The position numbers and the translations under genes were made by a program. From Nemertoderma westbladi (lineage: Eukaryota > Animalia > Xenacoelomorpha): a stretch of DNA of 41,661 bases. The stretch covers positions 1 to 41,661 of the forward strand of contig JAUCBJ010007429.1 of the NCBI GenBank assembly GCA_032718475.1, given 5' to 3'. Every line of letters starts with the position of its first letter. The first letter of the stretch is position 1. Positions 1-14,136 of this stretch are shown here, one piece after another. The notes under the pieces were generated by a model. The model saw nothing but the letters and a program-made list of their open reading frames with translations, did no database searches and was not told where the DNA came from.

Positions 1-3000
1 GTTATAACTTTCGACGAGACAGTGCCAGTGACTTGAGAAAGTGTGAGACAATTGGGGTTACTATTCCCAATTTGTACACAGTGTTACAACTCAGAAAACA
101 CAGGGCTTCCAGAGTTATTTAACTATATTCGAATATATTACGTCGTAGTGTGTTTTTAGGCTATAAGCGGCGTTTTTTCATGTTACTTCCTACAGAACCA
201 GTTAAAAGGTTATAACTTTCGAGGAGACAGTGCCAGTGACTTGAGAAAGTGTGAGATAATTGGGGTTACTATTCCCAATTTGTACACAGTGTTACAACTC
301 AGAAAACACAGGGCTTCCAGAGTTATTTAACTATATTCGAATATAATACGTCGTAGTGTTTTTAGGCTATAAGCGGCGTTTTTTCATGTTACTACCTACA
401 GAACCAGTTAAAAGGTTATAACTTTCGAGGAGACAGTGCCAGTGACTTGAGAAAGTGTGAGACAATTGGGGTTACTATTCCCAATTTGTACACAGTGTTA
501 CAACTCAGAAAACACAGGGCTTCCAGAGTTATTTAACTATATTCGAATATAATACGTCGTAGTGTGTTTTTAGGCTATAAGCGGCGTTTTTTCATGTTAC
601 TTCCTACAGAACCAGTTAAAAGGTTATAACTTTCGACGAGACAGTGCCAGTAACTTGAGAAAGTGTGAGACAATTGGGGTTACTATTCCCAATTTGTACA
701 CAGTGTTACAACTCAGAAAACGCAGGGCTTCCAGAGTTATTTAACTATATTCGAATATATTACGTCGTAGTGTGTTTTTAGGCTATAAGCGGCGTTTTTT
801 CATGTTACTACCTACAGAACCAGTTAAAAGGTTATAACTTTCGAGGAGACAGTGCCAGTGACTTGAGAAAGTGTGAGACAATTGGGGTTACTATTCCCAA
901 TTTGTACACAGTGTTACAACTCAGAAAACACAGGGCTTCCAGAGTTATTTAACTATATTCGAATATAATACGTCGTAGTGTGTTTTTAGGCTATAAGCGG
1001 CGTTTTTTCATGTTACTTCCTACAGAACCAGTTAAAAGGTTATAACTTTCGACGAGACAGTGCCAGTGACTTGAGAAAGTGTGAGACAATTGGGGTTACT
1101 ATTCCCAATTTGTACACAGTGTTACAACTCATAAAACACAGGGCTTCCAGAGTTATTTAACTATATTCGAATATAATACGTCGTAGTGTGTTTTTAGGCT
1201 ATAAGCGGCGTTTTTTCATGTTACTTCCTACAGAACCAGTTAAAAGGTTATAACTTTCGACGAGACAGTGCCAGTGACTTGAGAAAGTGTGAGACAATTG
1301 GGGTTACTATTCCCAATTTGTACACAGTGTTACAACTCAGAAAACACAGGGCTTCCAGAGTTATTTAACTATATTCGAATATATTACGTCGTAGTGTGTT
1401 TTTAGGCTATAAGCGGCGTTTTTTCATGTTACTTCCTACAGAACCAGTTAAAAGGTTATAACTTTCGACGAGACAGTGCCAGTGACTTGAGAAAGTGTGA
1501 GACAATTGGGGTTACTATTCCCAATTTGTACACAGTGTTACAACTCAGAAAACACAGGGCTTCCAGAGTTATTTAACTATATTCGAATATATTACGTCGT
1601 AGTGTGTTTTTAGGCTATAAGCGGCGTTTTTTCATGTTACTACCTACAGAACCAGTTAAAAGGTTATAACTTTCGAGGAGACAGTGCCAGTGACTTGAGA
1701 AAGTGTGAGACAATTGGGGTTACTATTCCCAATTTGTACACAGTGTTACAACTCAGAAAACACAGGGCTTCCAGAGTTATTTAACTATATTGGAATATAT
1801 TACGTCGTAGTGTGTTTTTAGGCTATAAGCGGCGTTTTTTCATGTTACTACCTACAGAACCAGTTAAAAGGTTATAACTTTCGACGAGACAGTGCCAGTG
1901 ACTTGAGAAAGTGTGAGACAATTGGGGTTACTATTCCCAATTTGTACACAGTGTTACAACTCAGAAAACACAGGGCTTCCAGAGTTATTTAACTATATTC
2001 GAATATATTACGTCGTAGTGTGTTTTTAGGCTATAAGCGGCGTTTTTTCATGTTACTTCCTACAGAACCAGTTAAAAGGTTATAACTTTCGAGGAGACAG
2101 TGCCAGTGACTTGAGAAAGTGTGAGATAATTGGGGTTACTATTCCCAATTTGTACACAGTGTTACAACTCAGAAAACACAGGGCTTCCAGAGTTATTTAA
2201 CTATATTCGAATATAATACGTCGTAGTGTTTTTAGGCTATAAGCGGCGTTTTTTCATGTTACTACCTACAGAACCAGTTAAAAGGTTATAACTTTCGAGG
2301 AGACAGTGCCAGTGACTTGAGAAAGTGTGAGACAATTGGGGTTACTATTCCCAATTTGTACACAGTGTTACAACTCAGAAAACACAGGGCTTCCAGAGTT
2401 ATTTAACTATATTCGAATATAATACGTCGTAGTGTGTTTTTAGGCTATAAGCGGCGTTTTTTCATGTTACTTCCTACAGAACCAGTTAAAAGGTTATAAC
2501 TTTCGACGAGACAGTGCCAGTAACTTGAGAAAGTGTGAGACAATTGGGGTTACTATTCCCAATTTGTACACAGTGTTACAACTCAGAAAACGCAGGGCTT
2601 CCAGAGTTATTTAACTATATTCGAATATATTACGTCGTAGTGTGTTTTTAGGCTATAAGGGGCGTTTTTTCATGTTACTACCTACAGAACCAGTTAAAAG
2701 GTTATAACTTTCGAGGAGACAGTGCCAGTGACTTGAGAAAGTGTGAGACAATTGGGGTTACTATTCCCAATTTGTACACCGTGTTACAACTCAGAAAACA
2801 CAGGGCTTCCATAGTTATTTAACTATATTCGAATATAATACGTCGTAGTGTTTTTAGGCTATAAGCGGCGTTTTTTCATGTTACTACCTACAGAACCAGT
2901 TAAAAGGTTATAACTTTCGAGGAGACAGTGCCAGTGACTTGAGAAAGTGTGAGACAATTGGGGTTACTATTCCCAATTTGTACACAGTGTTACAACTCAG

Positions 3001-6000
3001 AAAACACAGGGCTTCCAGAGTTATTTAACTATATTCGAATATAATACGTCGTAGTGTGTTTTTAGGCTATAAGCGGCGTTTTTTCTTGTTACTTCCTACA
3101 GAACCAGTTAAAAGGTTATAACTTTCGAGGAGACAGTGCCAGTAACTTGAGAAAGTGTGAGACAATTGGAGTTACTATTCCCAATTTGTACACAGTGTTA
3201 CAACTCAGAAAACACAGGGCTTCCAGAGTTATTTAACTATATTCGAATATAATACGTCGTAGTGTGTTTTTAGGCTATAAGCGGCGTTTTTTCATGTTAC
3301 TTCCTACAGAACCAGTTAAAAGGTTATAACTTTCGACGAGACAGTGCCAGTCACTTGAGAAAGTGTGAGACAATTGGGGTTACTATTCCCAATTTGTACA
3401 CGGTGTTACAACTCAGAAAACGCAGGGCTTCCAGAGTTATTTAACTATATTCGAATATATTACGTCGTAGTGTGTTTTTAGGCTATAAGCGGCGTTTTTT
3501 CATGTTACTACCTACAGAACCAGTTAAAAGGTTATAACTTTCGAGGAGACAGTGCCAGTGACTAGAGAAAGTGTGAGAAAATTGGGGTTACTATTCCCAA
3601 TTTGTACACAGTGTTACAACTCAGAAAACACAGGGCTTCCAGAGTTATTTAACTATATTCGAATATAATACGTCGTAGTGTGTTTTTAGGCTATAAGCGG
3701 CGTTTTTTCATGTTACTTCCTACAGAACCAGTTAAAAGGTTATAACTTTCGACGAGACAGTGCCAGTGACTTGAGAAAGTGTGAGACAATTGGGGTTACT
3801 ATTCCCAATTTGTACACAGTGTTACAACTCAGAAAACACAGGGCTTCCAGAGTTATTTAACTATATTCGAATATATTACGTCGTAGTGTGTTTTTAGGCT
3901 ATAAGCGGCGTTTTTTCATGTTACTTCCTACAGAACCAGTTAAAAGGTTATAACTTTCGAGGAGACAGTGCCAGTGACTTGAGAAAGTGTGAGATAATTG
4001 GGGTTACTATTCCCAATTTGTACACAGTGTTACAACTCAGAAAACACAGGGCTTCCAGAGTTATTTAACTATATTCGAATATAATACGTCGTAGTGTTTT
4101 TAGGCTATAAGCGGCGTTTTTTCATGTTACTACCTACAGAACCAGTTAAAAGGTTATAACTTTCGAGGAGACAGTGCCAGTGACTTGAGAAAGTGTGAGA
4201 CAATTGGGGTTACTATTCCCAATTTGTACACAGTGTTACAACTCAGAAAACACAGGGCTTCCAGAGTTATTTAACTATATTCGAATATAATACGTCGTAG
4301 TGTGTTTTTAGGCTATAAGCGGCGTTTTTTCATGTTACTTCCTACAGAACCAGTTAAAAGGTTATAACTTTCGACGAGACAGTGCCAGTGACTTGAGAAA
4401 GTGTGAGACAATTGGGGTTACTATTCCCAATTTGTACATAGTGTTACAACTCAGAAAACGCAGGGCTTCCAGAGTTATTTAACTATATTCGAATATATTA
4501 CGTCGTAGTGTGTTTTTAGGCTATAAGCGGCGTTTTTTCATGTTACTACCTACAGAAACAGTTAAACGGTTATAACTTTCGAGGAGACAGTGCCAGTGAC
4601 TTGAGAAAGTGTGAGATAATTGGGGTTACTATTCCCAATTTGTACACAGTGTTACAACTCAGAAAACACAGGGCTTCCAGAGTTATTTAACTATATTCGA
4701 ATATATTACGTCGTAGTGTTTTTAGGCTATAAGCGGCGTTTTTTCATGTTACTTCCTACAGAACCAGTTAAAAGGTTATAACTTTCGAGGAGACAGTGCC
4801 AGTGACTTGAGAAAGTGTGAGACAATTGGGGTTACTATTCCCAATTTGTACACAGTGTTACAACTCAGAAAACACAGGGCTTCCAGAGTTATTTAACTAT
4901 ATTCGAATATATTACGTCGTAGTGTGTTTTTAGGCTATAAGCGGCGTTTTTTCATGTTACTTCCTACAGAACCAGTTAAAAGGTTATAACTTTCGAGGAG
5001 ACAGTGCCAGTGACTTGAGAAAGTGTGAGATAATTGGGGTTACTATTCCCAATTTGTACACAGTGTTACAACTCAGAAAACACAGGGCTTCCAGAGTTAT
5101 TTAACTATATTCGAATATAATACGTCGTAGTGTGTTTTTAGGCTATAAGCGGCGTTTTTTCTTGTTACTTCCTACAGAACCAGTTAAAAGGTTATAACTT
5201 TCGAGGAGACAGTGCCAGTAACTTGAGAAAGTGTGAGACAATTGGGGTTACTATTCCCAATTTGTACACAGTGTTACAACTCAGAAAACACAGGGCTTCC
5301 AGAGTTATTTAACTATATTCGAATATAATACGTCGTAGTGTGTTTTTAGGCTATAAGCGGCGTTTTTTCATGTTACTTCCTACAGAACCAGTTAAAAGGT
5401 TATAACTTTCGACGAGACAGTGCCAGTGACTTGAGAAAGTGTGAGACAATTGGGGTTACTATTCCCAATTTGTACACAGTGTTACAACTCAGAAAACACA
5501 GGGCTTCCAGAGTTATTTAACTATATTCGAATATATTACGTCGTAGTGTGTTTTTAGGCTATAAGCGGCGTTTTTTCATGTTACTTCCTACAGAACCAGT
5601 TAAAAGGTTATAACTTTCGAGGAGACAGTGCCAGTGACTTGAGAAAGTGTGAGATAATTGGGGTTACTATTCCCAATTTGTACACAGTGTTACAACTCAG
5701 AAAACACAGGGCTTCCAGAGTTATTTAACTATATTCGAATATAATACGTCGTAGTGTGTTTTTAGGCTATAAGCGGCGTTTTTTCATGTTACTTCCTACA
5801 GAACCAGTTAAAAGGTTATAACTTTCGACGAGACAGTGCCAGTGACTTGAGAAAGTGTGAGACAATTGGGGTTACTATTCCCAATTTGTACATAGTGTTA
5901 CAACTCAGAAAACGCAGGGCTTCCAGAGTTATTTAACTATATTCGAATATATTACGTCGTAGTGTGTTTTTAGGCTATAAGCGGCGTTTTTTCATGTTAC

Positions 6001-8846
6001 TACCTACAGAAACAGTTAAACGGTTATAACTTTCGAGGAGACAGTGCCAGTGACTTGAGAAAGTGTGAGATAATTGGGGTTACTATTCCCAATTTGTACA
6101 CAGTGTTACAACTCAGAAAACACAGGGCTTCCAGAGTTATTTAACTATATTCGAATATATTACGTCGTAGTGTTTTTAGGCTATAAGCGGCGTTTTTTCA
6201 TGTTACTTCCTACAGAACCAGTTAAAAGGTTATAACTTTCGAGGAGACAGTGCCAGTGACTTGAGAAAGTGTGAGACAATTGGGGTTACTATTCCCAATT
6301 TGTACACAGTGTTACAACTCAGAAAACACAGGGCTTCCAGAGTTATTTAACTATATTCGAATATAATACGTCGTAGTGTGTTTTTAGGCTATAAGCGGCG
6401 TTTTTTCATGTTACTTCCTACAGAACCAGTTAAAAGGTTATAACTTTCGACGAGACAGTGCCAGTGACTTGAGAAAGTGTGAGACAATTGGGGTTACTAT
6501 TCCCAATTTGTACATAGTGTTACAACTCAGAAAACGCAGGGCTTCCAGAGTTATTTAACTATATTCGAATATATTACATCGTAGTGTGTTTTTAGGCTAT
6601 AAGCGGCGTTTTTTCATGTTACTACCTACAGAAACAGTTAAACGGTTATAACTTTCGAGGAGACAGTGCCAGTGACTTGAGAAAGTGTGAGATAATTGGG
6701 GTTACTATTCCCAATTTGTACACAGTGTTACAACTCAGAAAACACAGGGCTTCCAGAGTTATTTAACTATATTCGAATATATTACGTCGTAGTGTTTTTA
6801 GGCTATAAGCGGCGTTTTTTCATGTTACTTCCTACAGAACCAGTTAAAAGGTTATAACTTTCGAGGAGACAGTGCCAGTGACTTGAGAAAGTGTGAGACA
6901 ATTGGGGTTACTATTCCCAATTTGTACACAGTGTTACAACTCAGAAAACACAGGGCTTCCAGAGTTATTTAACTATATTCGAATATATTACGTCGTAGTG
7001 TGTTTTTAGGCTATAAGCGGCGTTTTTTCATGTTACTTCCTACAGAACCAGTTAAAAGGTTATAACTTTCGAGGAGACAGTGCCAGTGACTTGAGAAAGT
7101 GTGAGACAATTGGGGTTACTATTCCCAATTTGTACACAGTGTTACAACTCAGAAAACACAGGGCTTCCAGAGTTATTTAACTATATTCGAATATATTACG
7201 TCGTAGTGTGTTTTTAGGCTATAAGCGGCGTTTTTTCTTGTTACTTCCTACAGAACCAGTTAAAAGGTTATAACTTTCGAGGAGACAGTGCCAGTGACTT
7301 GAGAAAGTGTGAGATAATTGGGGTTACTATTCCCAATTTGTACACAGTGTTACAACTCAGAAAACACAGGGCTTCCAGAGTTATTTAACTATATTCGAAT
7401 ATAATACGTCGTAGTGTTTTTAGGCTATAAGCGGCGTTTTTTCATGTTACTACCTACAGAACCAGTTAAAAGGTTATAACTTTCGAGGAGACAGTGCCAG
7501 TGACTTGAGAAAGTGTGAGACAATTGGGGTTACTATTCCCAATTTGTACACAGTGTTACAACTCAGAAAACACAGGGCTTCCAGAGTTATTTAACTATAT
7601 TCGAATATAATACGTCGTAGTGTGTTTTTAGGCTATAAGCGGCGTTTTTTCATGTTACTTCCTACAGAACCAGTTAAAAGGTTATAACTTTCGACGAGAC
7701 AGTGCCAGTGACTTGAGAAAGTGTGAGACAATTGGGGTTACTATTCCCAATTTGTACATAGTGTTACAACTCAGAAAACGCAGGGCTTCCAGAGTTATTT
7801 AACTATATTCGAATATATTACGTCGTAGTGTGTTTTTAGGCTATAAGCGGCGTTTTTTCATGTTACTACCTACAGAAACAGTTAAACGGTTATAACTTTC
7901 GAGGAGACAGTGCCAGTGACTTGAGAAAGTGTGAGATAATTGGGGTTACTATTCCCAATTTGTACACAGTGTTACAACTCAGAAAACACAGGGCTTCCAG
8001 AGTTATTTAACTATATTCGAATATAATACGTCGTAGTGTTTTTAGGCTATAAGCGGCGTTTTTTCATGTTACTACCTACAGAACCAGTTAAAAGGTTATA
8101 ACTTTCGAGGAGACAGTGCCAGTGACTTGAGAAAGTGTGAGACAATTGGGGTTACTATTCCCAATTTGTACACAGTGTTACAACTCAGAAAACACAGGGC
8201 TTCCAGAGTTATTTAACTATATTCGAATATAATACGTCGTAGTGTGTTTTTAGGCTATAAGCGGCGTTTTTTCATGTTACTTCCTACAGAACCAGTTAAA
8301 AGGTTATAACTTTCGACGAGACAGTGCCAGTGACTTGAGAAAGTGTGAGACAATTGGGGTTACTATTCCCAATTTGTACATAGTGTTACAACTCAGAAAA
8401 CGCAGGGCTTCCAGAGTTATTTAACTATATTCGAATATATTACATCGTAGTGTGTTTTTAGGCTATAAGCGGCGTTTTTTCATGTTACTACCTACAGAAA
8501 CAGTTAAACGGTTATAACTTTCGAGGAGACAGTGCCAGTGACTTGAGAAAGTGTGAGATAATTGGGGTTACTATTCCCAATTTGTACACAGTGTTACAAC
8601 TCAGAAAACACAGGGCTTCCAGAGTTATTTAACTATATTCGAATATATTACGTCGTAGTGTTTTTAGGCTATAAGCGGCGTTTTTTCATGTTACTTCCTA
8701 CAGAACCAGTTAAAAGGTTATAACTTTCGAGGAGACAGTGCCAGTGACTTGAGAAAGTGTGAGACAATTGGGGTTACTATTCCCAATTTGTACACAGTGT
8801 TACAACTCAGAAAACACAGGGCTTCCAGAGTTATTTAACTATATTC
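1..8846. repeat. Tandem satellite, 208-bp monomer (206-bp variant lacking one TG); 42 full units + 130-bp partial; continues beyond the left window edge
   Basis: GTTATAACTTTCGA recurs at 1, 209, 415, 623, 831 ... 8511, 8717. Units differ by only a few SNPs. The array stops abruptly after ...TTTAACTATATTC at 8846. Confidence 0.98.
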
Positions 8847-9309
8847 TCCTTGTAATTAAACCTACTAGTGTAAGACTAAAAACAGTAAAGCACAAAATAC
8901 TTCCAAGCCGTTCTTTCTTTGGCTCAGGACTGAATGTAAACACTGCACATAGGCATTGCGTCATTTCTCGGAAATTTTCTGTACAAGGAGCCACAAAAAC
9001 GCTCTAATTGGCTGACTGAACTGAGAGACGCCGTAGAACAAAGGAAATCAACACGTATGAATGTCAGCTGTTAACCGTAGTCATAGTAACTACTGTTCAA
9101 GAGTAGCTATCACCCCTTTGCGTCACGAATTGCCATAGAATCATAAAATATGCCTTTCACAGTACACATACGGAGGAAATAGGTCTTAGATCCTCTAAAA
9201 ACACCGATACAGCAATAATACGGTCTCTTACACTTATTAAATCAACTACAGAGTATTTTAATGTAAAAGATAATAAAAATAACGGGGCAATTCAGCAAAG
9301 GCTTTTACA

Positions 9310-9690
9310 TGTCCCTCATTAATGTTTGTGTCCCTTATTAATGTTTGTGTACCTCATTAATGTTTGTGTCCCTCATTAATGATTGTGACCCTGATTAATG
9401 TTTGTGTCCCTAATTAATGTTTGTGTCCCTCATTAATGTTTGTGTCCCTCATTAATGTTTGTGTCCCTCATTAATGTTTGTGTCCCTCATTAATATTTGT
9501 GTCCCTCATTAATGTTTGTGTCCCTCAGTAATGTTTGTGTCCTATATCAATGTTTATGTCCCACATTAATGTTTGTGTCCTACATCAATGTTTATGTCCC
9601 ACATTAATGTTTGTCCCCCTGATTTATGTTTGTCCCACATTAATGTTTGTGGCGCTGATAAATATCTGTCCCTCATTTAATGTTTGTGTC
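9310..9690. repeat. 19-bp minisatellite (GTCCCTCATTAATGTTTGT)n, about 20 copies, degenerating rightwards
   Basis: Directly visible tandem copies. Confidence 0.93.
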
Positions 9691-10356
9691 AAAGTTGATA
9701 TAAGTTACTCTAGGTTGCCGGACGTTTTGGACAATAATTTGGTCAGCAACTAGCAACTTAATTTGAGTAACATTAACTTTTAGTCTCCGTTATATATGAG
9801 GCATCTTTTACAGCAACAAACTTCGCGTTTACATAGAGCAACTTGATCGACAACCTGACATGTTCACCAAGTTGCTGATAGAGTTGCTCAAAATTTTGCC
9901 ACGTGCTGTAGAAAAAATAGGTCTTTAATTATTCGTCATGACGTACTGTAAGTTAACTTTACTTTAACTTTAACGTAGCTGTAACCCTGTAGCTAAACTT
10001 TGTGGGGCGAGACACGTATGGCGAGCCATCAGCGAACTGATATAATTATACTATGGCCGTTTTTCAAAAGTCTGTGTGTGTGTGTGTCGGAAGTCATAAA
10101 TGTCGGAAGCCATAATCGAAGTTAATATCTTCAGCTAAATTGTATGGTTGAGTCATTTTGAACGGTCTCTCCATGGAAATTAATTGTTTAGCACCATACG
10201 ATTAAAGTTATTTTGCACAGAAATTAGATATCTGGAATCCATGTACCCCATTCCATTATAGTTTTTTATTTTTTCAAGTGATTTGCGTTAATAAACGTAT
10301 TTTTAATTGATTTAAACATAATTAACATTGTAAATTCATACGCTGATTCCATTCTC

Positions 10357-11385
10357 CCCCATAGAGCCTAAGGCATGGCAAGGGCAGCCGTGCCCAATAA
10401 CATTTCTTGAAGTTTTACATTAGTAACATTGCAAGCTAAAGTCTTTGACCAAGCCAGTGCCTAGGCTAGCACACAAGGACATGGCCTAACCTGTAGTAGT
10501 CTAGTACAGTAGAAGGAATAGCGCTCCTTCAATACATCTCAACAGACATTAATTCATTTGCCTGTGCCTACCAACGCGTGCTCCATAACAACATATATTC
10601 TTGATTTCCATCACCTCTCACCACAATTATTATTAGTAATTAAAAGTTTCAATTCGGTTTGTCTTTCCGTTATCTGGTTATTCAGTTATTGCATTATTAA
10701 TAAATAAATGTTTTAAAATATATCTTACAGTACGAAATATGGTTAATCATTAAAACTTGTCGCTAACATTCTCGCTATGGGGGTTTTAACGAGTGTTGAT
10801 TACATTTCTGATGTCAGTTTTCACGTTTACATAAATCTAGTCTGTCTGTTTGTCGGTCTTTCTGTCAGTCAGTCTGTCAAAACTTACTAACTAACATTCT
10901 CGTTATGGGGGTTTTAATGGGTGCTAATTTTATTTCAGATGTCAGTTTTCACGTTTAAAAAAATCTAGTCTGTCTGGATGTCGGTCTTTCTGTCAGTCAG
11001 TCTGTGAAAACTTAAGAAAGTATACTAACTAACCAACATTCTCGTTATGGGGGTTTTAAGGCGTTGCTGATTTCATTTTTGATGTCAGTTTACACGTTTA
11101 CATAAATCTAGTCTGTCTGTCTGTCGGTCTCTGTCAGTCTGAACTACTGTACTGTGGTTGGCATTACGCCATATACCTAACACTAATAATACAGTCTACA
11201 ATACAGCCTATCTACAGTACAGAATGGATTTTTTGCCACGAAGAGCAATAAATGTCATTAATACTATCCACCAGTATACCTTCTCCAAGAGCCTTCCAAT
11301 AAAACATGTATTCCAGCATGACGTCCACTGCACGTCTTCGTGCTGTCCATGGTGACGTGCAGTGGACGTCATAGGCTCTAAGGGG
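10357..11385. mobile_element. Possible degenerate non-autonomous piggyBac-like element
   Basis: Left CCCCATAGAGCCTA (10357-10370) matches the reverse complement of right TAGGCTCTAAGGGG at 13/14. The right end is followed by TTAA (11386-11389), but the left TTAA is not preserved. A perfect 19-bp subterminal inverted repeat lies at 11318-11336/11354-11372. Confidence 0.4.
10765..11143 (+). repeat. Three diverged tandem copies of a ~128-142-bp unit (AACATTCTCG.TATGGGGGTTTTAA...GATGTCAGTTTTCACGTTT...TCTAGTCTGTCTG)
   Basis: Unit starts at 10765, 10893 and 11035. Confidence 0.85.
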
Positions 11386-11389
11386 TTAA

Positions 11390-11768
11390 GCAACACGGTC
11401 CCTACTTCGCCCTGTCGACACCCCAGCCATTTTTCACCAATCCTTTTTTAGAGTTTTTTATTTTTTTTGGTATTGGTGAAAGTTCTACAACATTAGTCAG
11501 TTATATGTTTTTTATGATAGCTAGTGTTTTTTTGCTAGCTAGTATTTTTTGAAATTATAAAAAATGTGAAAGTCCATGATATTTCAGGTTAAACTGTTGA
11601 AGAATATATTAATGACCAAAATAATTTCCAAAAATTACTAGCTAGTAAAAAATACTAGCTATTATACCATAAAAAATCTACTAAGGTTCTAGAACATTCA
11701 CTAATATAAAAAAGCACTCAAAATCACAAAAAAATAAAGGTTAAAAAACTCATTCGGGACTCTTTTGC
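11390..11768. mobile_element. TTAA-flanked palindromic MITE (Kolobok/piggyBac-type target site)
   Basis: TTAA at 11386-11389 and 11769-11772. Ends are GCAACACGGTCCC / GGGACTCTTTTGC. Long internal inverted arms, e.g. ATAGCTAGTGTTTTTTTGCTAGCTAGTATTTTTTGAAATTAT vs ATAATTTCCAAAAATTACTAGCTAGTAAAAAATACTAGCTAT. Confidence 0.7.
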
Positions 11769-12696
11769 TTAAGGAGTCAAAATTGTAGAAAAAATTCCCG
11801 AAGTTTGCGACGTTTGCGAAATTCGCGAAGAATCCGTCAGTTTCTGTGCCCTAATGGTTTCGTGGCGAAACAATCAAATCTTACACACTTAACACACACG
11901 AACTAATTTAATGTGGGTATTAGTATATGCCTGAATAATTAAATAGAAATTAAATTAATGAACGCTATTTCAACATGAAATCTACGGAATCAATACACAA
12001 CACACGCACACTACTGAATTTAAAAATTTATATAGATTGCAACTTATATTTGGCTACCTTTTAATGGGTGACTAATTTAATTATTCACCCCTATATATTT
12101 GTAGCCTTTTTAATTTGTGCCTCTAATTGAATCAAACATTAAACTAAAATATATGTCACAATATTGGTCTGTCGGTAGCTGGTCAATGAATCTCTCATAA
12201 ATTTGTTAATTAGTCGCTGCTCAGTCATTGAACATTTGAACACGTGCTGCTCGAAGACCCCACAACGTGTTCTTACTGTAGAGTACCACGCATGGCTGTA
12301 TTTTGTACCATATTTTGTATATTATGTTCCGCTTTCTTGAATCTAAATTTTGTTCTTATTGTCTCATTAATTGGCTACATTTTGTTCAATTTGTATTGAT
12401 ACATGATTCTAACTACAGTCCCGTACTTATTTTAGAAGCAATTTATACCAAAATATCAAAAACTTATGGAGTCCTTTTGAATTTTGAATTCAAAAATTCC
12501 CAACATGTGCGCAAGTGTGTTAGCTATATTGTATGTGATTATTTGTTATTATTGCGTTTACAGGTAATACTAACACCTGCTCATGTGCCAGTTAACATGT
12601 TAGATAGCACGTATTAGCTAATAACAAATGCGCACATGTATTACGTGCGCACTACGCACTAAATTATTAAGGACGTACGATACGCCTTGGCTATTA

Positions 12697-12884
12697 TTTG
12701 ATATATTTTGCGTGTTTTTTGTAAAAACTCGGACTTATGGTGTTTTGCCAAATACCTTGTTTTCTAGGCAATACCCCGCAACTATCGTATAGTTACGGGA
12801 TAATACCAGAAAACGGTGTCCCCCCTTTGTTTTGGCAAAACACCAAAGTCTGAATTTTTACTAAAAAACCGCAATATATTTCAA
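12697..12884. repeat. ~55-bp imperfect inverted repeat (foldback), probably the interior of a decayed MITE beginning at TTAA-GGACG (~12667)
   Basis: 12697-12752 matches the reverse complement of 12831-12884 (…GACTTATGGTGTTTTGCCAAA / TTTGGCAAAACACCAAAGTC…). Confidence 0.65.
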
Positions 12885-14136
12885 AGGTAATTCTAAATCA
12901 AATTGAAAGTTTAGTTATATGAATTCTATATATTTAGTTATCAAAAAACACAATAACAAGTAAACTGAGGCATCTCTCTAAAAAATAAACAGTTTTTATC
13001 GATTATCTCAGAACTACAAAAATCGACTTAGGGGGTTCTGCCTTGAAGGTGACGAAAAGTCTGTCTGTGTATAGAATTTCTAATTAAGCAATGCTCGTAG
13101 GTTACTACTACCAAATTTCAGATGAATCTGATGGTTGGTTCTATAATTATAGTACTGCTATTTTGTTTACGTTTCTGTCAATTCGCCCACTAGCGGCAGA
13201 CATAGGAACTATAGAAATCCGTATTTTGTAGAATTTCTAAACTTTTGATAGACTACATGACATGTGAACCAAGTTTAGTTCGATTTCATCTATGATTGAC
13301 GGATTTGTTTTATGATCAACCAGATAATTTTTCACTTTGCACTTTAAATTCCATTCTAAATTTCGAGTTTTACGCAGTTTTACCGCGAACTATTTCAAAC
13401 CCGCGCACACAATGCGTTGCATGCCTCCACTAATAGCCTGGCGAACCATATTATTATTTTTTGGAATACAATTATATATTATATTATATATATTATATTT
13501 ATATTTTGATACGCCAAACAAAGGGTCGTAAGGGAAAATATATACTTTATTTTCAAGTAATACGTAATTAATTGTACATACCTAACAATTACTGTACCTT
13601 TATGCAGGTTAAAAATTACGGTTAATTTCAAGAAAATGTAATAAATGGCAGTCGGATCCATCGGTGGGTAACTTTCAAAGTCACTACAAGTACCACACGA
13701 TTGGAAACGGCAGCTTTTTATGTACTGTAGTATGGTAACAAGACACGAAGTACACGATTTGAGTACAAGGTTAGACACGTTTATGAAACTACATTAGAAC
13801 TTAGACTGTATCTTTTTGGAAACTGGAACTGAAAAAAATAGGTTTATTAGAACTGATATCGAAACAAGTCAAATTTTGTGATTTCTCGGCCATTATTATT
13901 GAAATTTACTGAAATTTGTTAACAATATCTAGTGGTATATTTTAACACATTCTTGAAAAAAAATCGAACATTTTTTGGAAGTGCCTCATATATGAAAAAT
14001 GGTGGTTTTGTGCAATGAAAAAATTTAATTGCGGATAATGTGAGATATGTACCTGATTTTCAAGTCTTACGTGTTTATTGGTGGTGGCGAATTCAATGGT
14101 AATGCAATTAAGTTGATACAAGTAATGCAACTACAA

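Noticed and set aside
77-104. CACAGTG heptamer in each satellite monomer as a V(D)J RSS or Transib end
   Set aside because: The sequence after a 12-bp spacer (AAACACAGG) matches the nonamer poorly. A 7-mer alone is expected by chance.
1-8846. CRISPR array
   Set aside because: Whole 208-bp units repeat with no unique spacers, there are no cas genes, and the context is eukaryotic.
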